The position numbers and the translations under genes were made by a program. The notes below the pieces were generated by a model. It saw only the letters and a program-made list of their open reading frames with translations. It was not told the origin of the DNA and ran no database searches. Below, piece by piece: positions 9,392 to 15,698 of a stretch of 43,659 nt of DNA (position 1 is its first letter; every line of letters starts with the position of its first letter). The DNA is from Dehalococcoidia bacterium UBA4060. Its GTDB lineage: Bacteria; Chloroflexota; Dehalococcoidia; GIF9; UBA5629. The stretch is from the NCBI GenBank assembly GCA_002383665.1, contig DFZI01000047.1, positions 1 through 43,659 on the forward strand, written 5' to 3'.

Positions 9392-9522
9392 CAAAATTTT
9401 CCTCCTTTACTTATTAATTTGCACATAATAATCTTTGGAATCCGCTTTATCCCTATGACATGAGCACATCATTTCCACCAACGCCTATCTATATCATGCC
9501 TTCTCTACTATTGACATTTACC

Positions 9523-9551
9523 AGTATAAACCATATTTATTGGTTAGTCAA
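9523..9551 (-). promoter_or_regulatory. Candidate promoter for the thiolase/DUF35/ACAD operon
   Basis: The minus strand reads TTGACT (9551-9546), 17 nt, TATACT (9528-9523). A second TGcTATATT box lies at 9619-9611. The leader would be about 120-210 nt. Confidence 0.4.
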
Positions 9552-9636
9552 TCATTATTTACTGGCATCCCAACCTGATTTTTAACTTTATTTCCAGTAC
9601 AATATAGGCAATATAGCAGGTAATCGTGGCGTGACC

Positions 9637-10620
9637 ATGCCGGCGAATTTAACACCGCAATATTTTGAGGCCGAGAGGCATTACAAGAGTGCCACCACAC
9701 CGGAGGAAAAGATCCAGGCACTCGAAGCCATGCTGGCACTCATGCCCAAGCACAAGGGCACTGACCATCTCCAGGCTGACCTGCGTCACAAGATAGCAAA
9801 AATCACAGAAGAGGCCGAGAGGAAATTAGCCACCAGCAGGAAGAACTTCAACATACATAAGGAAGGCGCCGGGCAGGTGGCCTTGATAGGGATGCCCAAT
9901 ACCGGCAAATCTCTGTTGACGGCATCCCTCACTAATGTTGTCCCGGAAATTGCAGATTATCCCTTTACCACCAAATCACCTAACGTGGGAATGATGCCCT
10001 TTGAAAATATACAGATACAGATCATAGATATGCCAGCCATAAATATGCCGGAGTCACGTATATGGGCCAACAATATATTCCGCAATGCAGACCTGCTTGC
10101 TTTGGTAGTCGACCTTACGAATAACCCCTGTGAGCAGGTTAACTCAATATTATCCGAGCTGGAAAAGATGGGTATTGTGCCTGCCCTGTCAGGAAAAGAT
10201 GCCGCTGCGAGCAGCTTGCGTGAGCGTAAAATGCTTATCATCGGGAACATGTCTGATATTGACATTGACGGTGAAGGTTTTAAATCGCTTGCTCACGAAT
10301 TTAAAGGCAGATTGGACAGCATAAGCGTCTCAGCCGCAGATAAGCTCAACCTGGAGGAGCTTAAAAGGCAGTTATTTGCCCATATCGATATCATCAGGGT
10401 CCATACCAAATCCCCCGGGACACGTGTTGACCTGAACAACCCGGTTATACTGAAAAAAGACGCCACGGTTAGGGAAGCAGCCGCAGCGGTGCATAAGGAC
10501 TTTGCCTCCAGGTTACGTTATTCCGTGGTATGGGGATCAGGCAAATTTGAAGGGCAGCGGGTCGGTCCCGAACATGTACTGCATGACAATGACATTATCG
10601 AGTTGCACGTATCAGGCTGA
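9637..10620 (+). CDS. DRG/Rbg-like GTP-binding protein with C-terminal TGS domain
   Basis: G1 is GMPNTGKS and G2 is YPFTT. The DRG-type N-terminus is PANLTPQYFEAE...KHKGTDHLQADLRHKIAKI. The TGS region is VHTKSPG...VWGSGKFEGQRVGPEHVLHDNDIIEL. Start taken at the ATG at 9637 rather than the GTG at 9631. Confidence 0.75.
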   Translation: MPANLTPQYFEAERHYKSATTPEEKIQALEAMLALMPKHKGTDHLQADLRHKIAKITEEAERKLATSRKNFNIHKEGAGQVALIGMPNTGKSLLTASLTNVVPEIADYPFTTKSPNVGMMPFENIQIQIIDMPAINMPESRIWANNIFRNADLLALVVDLTNNPCEQVNSILSELEKMGIVPALSGKDAAASSLRERKMLIIGNMSDIDIDGEGFKSLAHEFKGRLDSISVSAADKLNLEELKRQLFAHIDIIRVHTKSPGTRVDLNNPVILKKDATVREAAAAVHKDFASRLRYSVVWGSGKFEGQRVGPEHVLHDNDIIELHVSG

Positions 10621-10646
10621 CACAGCTTTACTGTATAATCATCCTG

Positions 10647-11534
10647 ATGAAGGCTGATATACGTAAGAGCATCAACGATATCAGGAAAGATCGTGAGCAC
10701 GGTGCTTCCTGGCTTACCACGAGAGCCCTGCATATTTTACTCGACGTCTGCGATGCTAACGCACGACCTGCTTCACCCGGATTTGCAGATGAGATAATAG
10801 AGATTGCCATGGCGCTGGTAACTGTCAGGCCAGGGATGGTATCCATCTCCAACTATGCGTTGAGGTTTGCCGAAGAATTCAAGATCGCAGCAGCCAGCAG
10901 CCATTCTCTGGCTAATATACAAAAAAGGGGCTTTGCCATTGCTTCCCGGCTGATCCAACTGCATGAGGGGTCTATCCGGCTACTCCCCACCAGGGCAGCA
11001 CATCTGATAAAAAACCGTACGATAATCATGACTTGCAGCTACAGTGATTCAATTTGCGCCACACTTGAACATGCTAAAGCTAATGGCACCGATTTCAAGG
11101 TTCTGGCCATACAATCGCAGTTCCGCAAGGTATCTTACGGCCAGCTTATGGCAGACCGGCTGCTGAAGGCCGGCATATCGTGCCGCCTTGTGCCCGACGA
11201 CAAGATATGCTGGCATGTTGCCCGTGCCGATATGGTGCTTCTCGGAGCCGATGCCATCTCCTTTCAGGGCTGGCTCTTAAACGGCTCGCCCTCCTATGAG
11301 TTGACACGCGTGGCAGCCAATAAGAAAATCTCCATTTATTCCATTTGTTGCAAAAGCAAGTTCGATCCCAGGGGCTTCCTGGCTTCAATGCGGGAGCCCG
11401 AAGAAGGATTCGACATGGTGCCCCTGAACCTGATTGTGGGCATCGCCACAGAATCCGGCATCTTCACAGAGGACGACATCTACAATTTCACTTTCGATGA
11501 TATTTTCAGGAGCAAACATGCCCGTTCTCATTGA
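10647..11534 (+). CDS. eIF-2B alpha/beta/delta (MtnA / ribose-1,5-bisphosphate isomerase) family protein, divergent
   Basis: IIMTCSYSDSI...VLLGADAISFQGWLLNGSPSYEL matches the family core (ThCnS...GADri..nG..NKiGT) but with altered motifs. Confidence 0.65.
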   Translation: MKADIRKSINDIRKDREHGASWLTTRALHILLDVCDANARPASPGFADEIIEIAMALVTVRPGMVSISNYALRFAEEFKIAAASSHSLANIQKRGFAIASRLIQLHEGSIRLLPTRAAHLIKNRTIIMTCSYSDSICATLEHAKANGTDFKVLAIQSQFRKVSYGQLMADRLLKAGISCRLVPDDKICWHVARADMVLLGADAISFQGWLLNGSPSYELTRVAANKKISIYSICCKSKFDPRGFLASMREPEEGFDMVPLNLIVGIATESGIFTEDDIYNFTFDDIFRSKHARSH

Positions 11535-12282
11535 CACTCACGCTCATCTCGACGAGATTAAAGATCTGGATATAGCCCTTGTCGACGCCCGTGCCCATGG
11601 CGTCGAGACTATCATAGCCGTTGGGCAGGACCTCGATTCCAACCGGCGTGTGCTGGAGATCACCCGGGAATACCCCGGCTATGTTTATGCCGCGCTTGGC
11701 CTCCACCCCTGGCTGTTGGGCAACCTGGAAATGAAGCAGGTACAAGAGAATATCGACTTCATCTCCTCACATATCGGCCAGGCTGTTGCACTCGGTGAGG
11801 TGGGCCTTGATTACGACAAGAGGGTGCTCAAAAGTGCTCCCAAACCCAAACAGCAGGAGGTACTGACATCACTCCTCAAGATAGCCGCTGATGAAAACAA
11901 GCCCGTCTCGTTGCACAGCCGCTATGCCTGGAAAGACTGCCTGCAGATCGTTATGGAGCAGAAAATCAAAAATGTGGTCTTCCACTGGTATACCGGCCTT
12001 TCCAGCACACTTTCCCAACTTTTGGAAGCCGGCTATTTCATCTCAGCCACGCCCGCAGCCGAATACCACGATGAACATCAAAGGGCCATCAGGGAAGCTC
12101 CCACCAGTCAGCTCATGCTGGAGACGGACTGCCCCGTATATTACGGACGGGAGAATCGTTATCGCTCTTTACCATCTGATGTACTGCGCAGCCTCAAAGC
12201 TGCCGCCACCCTCAAGTCAATAGATGAAGAGCGGTTGGCAGAGATCACCACAGCTAATGCCCGCCTTTATTTTGGCATATAA
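11518..12282 (+). CDS. tatD: TatD-family metal-dependent hydrolase
   Basis: The MPVLIDTHAHLDE start motif, EVGLDY, and FHWYTG (in place of the usual H-F-S context). The ORF-track start at 11434 is an upstream in-frame extension. Overlaps the preceding gene by 17 nt. Confidence 0.85.
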   Translation: MPVLIDTHAHLDEIKDLDIALVDARAHGVETIIAVGQDLDSNRRVLEITREYPGYVYAALGLHPWLLGNLEMKQVQENIDFISSHIGQAVALGEVGLDYDKRVLKSAPKPKQQEVLTSLLKIAADENKPVSLHSRYAWKDCLQIVMEQKIKNVVFHWYTGLSSTLSQLLEAGYFISATPAAEYHDEHQRAIREAPTSQLMLETDCPVYYGRENRYRSLPSDVLRSLKAAATLKSIDEERLAEITTANARLYFGI

Positions 12283-12361
12283 CATCATTCTCGCACCGGT
12301 AATCTCAACCACTAATGGTTGCCTCTGCGGTAGCAAACAGGCTACAATAATTTAATCTATT

Positions 12362-13402
12362 ATGAAAGCTATTATCCTTGTTGGCGGGGAAGGCACCAGG
12401 CTTCGTCCTCTCACATATTCAGTCGTTAAGTCCATGGTCCCAGTCATCAACAGGCCATTTTTAGAACACGTGCTATATCACCTCGCCGAACATGATATCA
12501 ACGAGGTCATACTGGCCATGGGCTACAAGCCCGACTCCATCTACACATATTTCAAGAGCGGGCCGCTGCCAAGTCTCAGAATCACATATAGCCTCGAAGC
12601 CAGGCCTCTCGGCACGGCGGGGGCTGTCAAACTGGCTGGAGAGTACGTAAATGGCACTTTTTTCGTGCTCAACGGTGATGTCTTCACGGATATTGACTAT
12701 ACATCCATGCTGCACTTTCACCGTGAAAACAGGGCTATTACCACCATTGCCCTTACCCATGTTGAGGATCCTACCAAATTCGGTGTAGTTGAAACTGATA
12801 AGGATGGCAGAGTGCGGCGTTTTATTGAGAAACCGCCCCCCGACAGAATCACCACTCACTGGATCAATGCCGGAGTTTATATCCTCGAGCCGGAGGTGCT
12901 CGATTACATACCAGACAAAGAATTCTACATGTTTGAACGTGGCGTGTTCCCTTCACTGCTGGAAAAAGGCAAGCGTGTCTTCGCCTATCAAAGTACTTCA
13001 TACTGGATCGATATGGGCACACCGGCCAAATACCATCAGCTTAATATAGATATGCTCAAAGGTGCTTGCTTGTCACATCTTTGCCCTGCAGAGCATATTG
13101 CAGTAGGCGAAGGCAGCGCCTTGGACCAGACATGCACCATCGCTGGTCCTGTGTTAATCGGCAGGGATTGCCGGGTGGAAAAGGATGTGCACATCAGCGG
13201 GCCCACAGTCATAGGCGACTGTTGTCATATAAAGCAAGGCAGTCTTATAGAAAACTCCCTGCTCTGGCACAATATCATAATAGGATCGCAGGTAAGCGTG
13301 ATTAACAGCATTATTGCCAGTGGTGCTAATATAGAAGACAAGTCACGTTTGCAAGACCAGACATATAATCACGAAGCTCCCGCCGGCAACGGAGGAAAGT
13401 AA
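12362..13402 (+). CDS. NDP-sugar pyrophosphorylase (mannose-1-P guanylyl / glucose-1-P nucleotidyltransferase family) with C-terminal left-handed beta-helix
   Basis: The MKAIILVGGEGTRLRPLT signature, and a hexapeptide-repeat-like C-terminus. Confidence 0.8.
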   Translation: MKAIILVGGEGTRLRPLTYSVVKSMVPVINRPFLEHVLYHLAEHDINEVILAMGYKPDSIYTYFKSGPLPSLRITYSLEARPLGTAGAVKLAGEYVNGTFFVLNGDVFTDIDYTSMLHFHRENRAITTIALTHVEDPTKFGVVETDKDGRVRRFIEKPPPDRITTHWINAGVYILEPEVLDYIPDKEFYMFERGVFPSLLEKGKRVFAYQSTSYWIDMGTPAKYHQLNIDMLKGACLSHLCPAEHIAVGEGSALDQTCTIAGPVLIGRDCRVEKDVHISGPTVIGDCCHIKQGSLIENSLLWHNIIIGSQVSVINSIIASGANIEDKSRLQDQTYNHEAPAGNGGK

Positions 13403-13418
13403 ACTTTTCGGAGGCAAC

Positions 13419-13751
13419 ATGACAGAAAACATTAAAGACGTAGGCGAAAAAAACTTTAAAGCATCGGTCCTTGATTCCCAGAAACCTGTCTTGGTAGACT
13501 TCTGGGCAGTATGGTGCGGGCCCTGCAGGATGGTCGCTCCCATCATCGATGAGTTGTCAATAGAATACACTGACAGAATTCAGTTCGCCAAGGTCAATGT
13601 GGATGAATCTCCCAGGATAGCTTCGAGCTACTCCGTTATGAGCATACCAACACTCATCATTTTCAAAGAGGGCAAGCCCTGCGAGCAAGTCGTAGGATAC
13701 AGGCCCAAGAAGGACATCCAAAAGGTTCTTGATAAAGTATTAGGCAAATAG
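13419..13751 (+). CDS. trxA: Thioredoxin
   Basis: VDFWAVWCGPCRM active site, 110 aa, GGAGG SD. Confidence 0.9.
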   Translation: MTENIKDVGEKNFKASVLDSQKPVLVDFWAVWCGPCRMVAPIIDELSIEYTDRIQFAKVNVDESPRIASSYSVMSIPTLIIFKEGKPCEQVVGYRPKKDIQKVLDKVLGK

Positions 13752-13759
13752 AAAACAAA

Positions 13760-14455
13760 TTGACGGATATCACATACTGGACTGCGTTTGGCGCCGGCTT
13801 GCTTTCCTTTTTCTCACCTTGCGTTTTGCCGCTGGTACCAGCTTATCTGGCAAATCTTGCCGGCTCATCCGTAGTCGATACTGAAGAAAAACACAGGGTC
13901 TGGCCTACGTTCCTTCACAGCGTATTCTTCGTAGTAGGCTTCTCTCTCATATTCATATTAATGGGTGCCTCGGCCGGCCTGATCGGATCAGCCATCACGC
14001 AGTTTTCCGAGACATTGAGGATTGTAGCAGGCATCATTATCATCATCTTTGGCATCTTTCTCATAGCAGCCTACAAGATTCCCTGGCTGAACTATGAAAA
14101 ACGGATGCACGTGCAGGGATCGCGTAACCCCGGCTACCTGAGATCAATACTGATCGGAGCAGCTTTCTCATTGGGCTGGACGCCCTGCATCGGCCCGATA
14201 CTTGGTTCCATCCTGTTTGTGGCATCCTACACTCAGGAGACTATGAAAGGGGCATCACTCCTCACCGCCTATTCTCTGGGCATGGGCATTCCCTTCCTCC
14301 TCATCGGGCTAGCCTGGAGCTATATCGTCCCTTTCTGGAAAAGCATCAACAGGCATCTCGTCCTGATTTCGATATTGAGCGGTATTCTGCTTATAATTGT
14401 AGGTATATTGATGCTGGGTGGGCAGCTTACCTGGCTCGGCCGCTATGCAACTTAA
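13760..14455 (+). CDS. ccdA: Cytochrome c biogenesis / thiol-disulfide electron transporter CcdA (DsbD transmembrane core)
   Basis: Both conserved Cys motifs are present (FFSPCVLPLVP and WTPCIGP) in a polytopic membrane protein. TTG start at 13760. Confidence 0.85.
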   Translation: MTDITYWTAFGAGLLSFFSPCVLPLVPAYLANLAGSSVVDTEEKHRVWPTFLHSVFFVVGFSLIFILMGASAGLIGSAITQFSETLRIVAGIIIIIFGIFLIAAYKIPWLNYEKRMHVQGSRNPGYLRSILIGAAFSLGWTPCIGPILGSILFVASYTQETMKGASLLTAYSLGMGIPFLLIGLAWSYIVPFWKSINRHLVLISILSGILLIIVGILMLGGQLTWLGRYAT

Positions 14456-14485
14456 ACCCATTAAATATATGAAGGAGAATTGCTG

Positions 14486-14986
14486 ATGAAACATCTTCTG
14501 GCTGTCCTAATGGCTATTTCTGTAATTCTGGTGGCCGGATGCGGCACACCGCCTGTGAAAGTAGGCGACAGGGCACCCGATTTCACTCTTCCCGGGATAG
14601 ACGGCAAAGACATCAGCCTGGGCAGTTATACGGGAAAGCCTGTCATAATTAATACCTGGAATGTCAACTGCATCGAATGTAAAAGGGAAATGCCCTTCTT
14701 TCAGGAGATCGGCAAGCAGTATGCGGATAAAGGTCTTATCATTATTTCAGTTAATACATTGGACAGCCTCTCCACCACCAGGGAATTTTTATCTAAAAAT
14801 GGCTACTCCTTCGTCACTGTATTAGATATAAAACAGGATATTTATAAAAAGTACGGCTGTCCCAAGGCGGCTGATCCATATACATTTTTTATAGGGACTG
14901 ATGGCGTGGTTAAATCTGTGAAGGTAGGTGGATTCACCAGCCAGAAAGAACTGGAAAATGAAGTTGAAAAGATAGTCAAACAGTAA
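14486..14986 (+). CDS. TlpA/ResA-like thiol-disulfide oxidoreductase lipoprotein, CIEC active site
   Basis: Lipobox LVAGC. APDFTLPGIDGKDISL, TWNVNCIECKREMP, and PYTFFIGTDG (cis-Pro region). ATG at 14486 with AAGGAG 8 nt upstream. Confidence 0.8.
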   Translation: MKHLLAVLMAISVILVAGCGTPPVKVGDRAPDFTLPGIDGKDISLGSYTGKPVIINTWNVNCIECKREMPFFQEIGKQYADKGLIIISVNTLDSLSTTREFLSKNGYSFVTVLDIKQDIYKKYGCPKAADPYTFFIGTDGVVKSVKVGGFTSQKELENEVEKIVKQ

Positions 14987-15001
14987 CAAAATGAGTCTCC
15001 C

Positions 15002-15589
15002 ATGTTAAACAGGTTAAATAAATCAAACTACACGTTATGGCTTTCGCTTTTAGGCGTAGTCATAATCATTATTATCGTTGCCGTGGCGATTATCGACTAT
15101 ACTGCACATCCTTCTCAGTCAGTGATAACCTCAAGTCCAGTAGCCGGGCCAGCTTCACTCAAAACCGGCAATATGATCGGGGATATAGCCCCTGATTTTA
15201 ACCTGCCGACCATCGAGAACAAGATGATGAGCCTGTATGAATACAGGGGCAAGAACGTCATACTCAATTTCTGGGCGACCTGGTGCGGCCCATGTGCATA
15301 CGAGATCCCTTTCCTGAGAGAGACCGGTGAGACCTGGTCCAAGGCCGGCGTAGTGATCATCGCAGTCAATACGCAGGATAACGAGCAAGATGCCAGTTTA
15401 TACGCCAGACGTAATAATCTTAATTTCATAATACCTGTTGATCCCCGTGGCAAAGTCGCTGCCCTATATAACGTGCGAGGCTTGCCTACAAGTTTCTTCA
15501 TCGACAGTGAGGGTGTGATCAAATCGATTAAGGTTGGCCCCTTCATCAGCGCAGGTGAGATCGAAGAAAGGATGAAGGCTTTCAAGTAA
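15002..15589 (+). CDS. Membrane-anchored TlpA-like thiol-disulfide oxidoreductase, CGPC active site
   Basis: N-terminal TM (LWLSLLGVVIIIIIVAVAII), APDFNLPT, NFWATWCGPCAYEIP, and GLPTSFFID. Confidence 0.8.
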   Translation: MLNRLNKSNYTLWLSLLGVVIIIIIVAVAIIDYTAHPSQSVITSSPVAGPASLKTGNMIGDIAPDFNLPTIENKMMSLYEYRGKNVILNFWATWCGPCAYEIPFLRETGETWSKAGVVIIAVNTQDNEQDASLYARRNNLNFIIPVDPRGKVAALYNVRGLPTSFFIDSEGVIKSIKVGPFISAGEIEERMKAFK

Positions 15590-15698
15590 GGCTGATGAAG
15601 GACACCTTACCAGTACTAAACTGCTATATGCACATACCTACGCTTCAGGTGTATAATCTTGATAATATTTATTTTTACCACGAAGTCGATACCGATTA

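Noticed and set aside
11434-11517. Upstream start of the TatD ORF
   Set aside because: It lies inside the eIF-2B-like gene in another frame. TatD proteins begin just before the IDTHAHL motif (ATG 11518).
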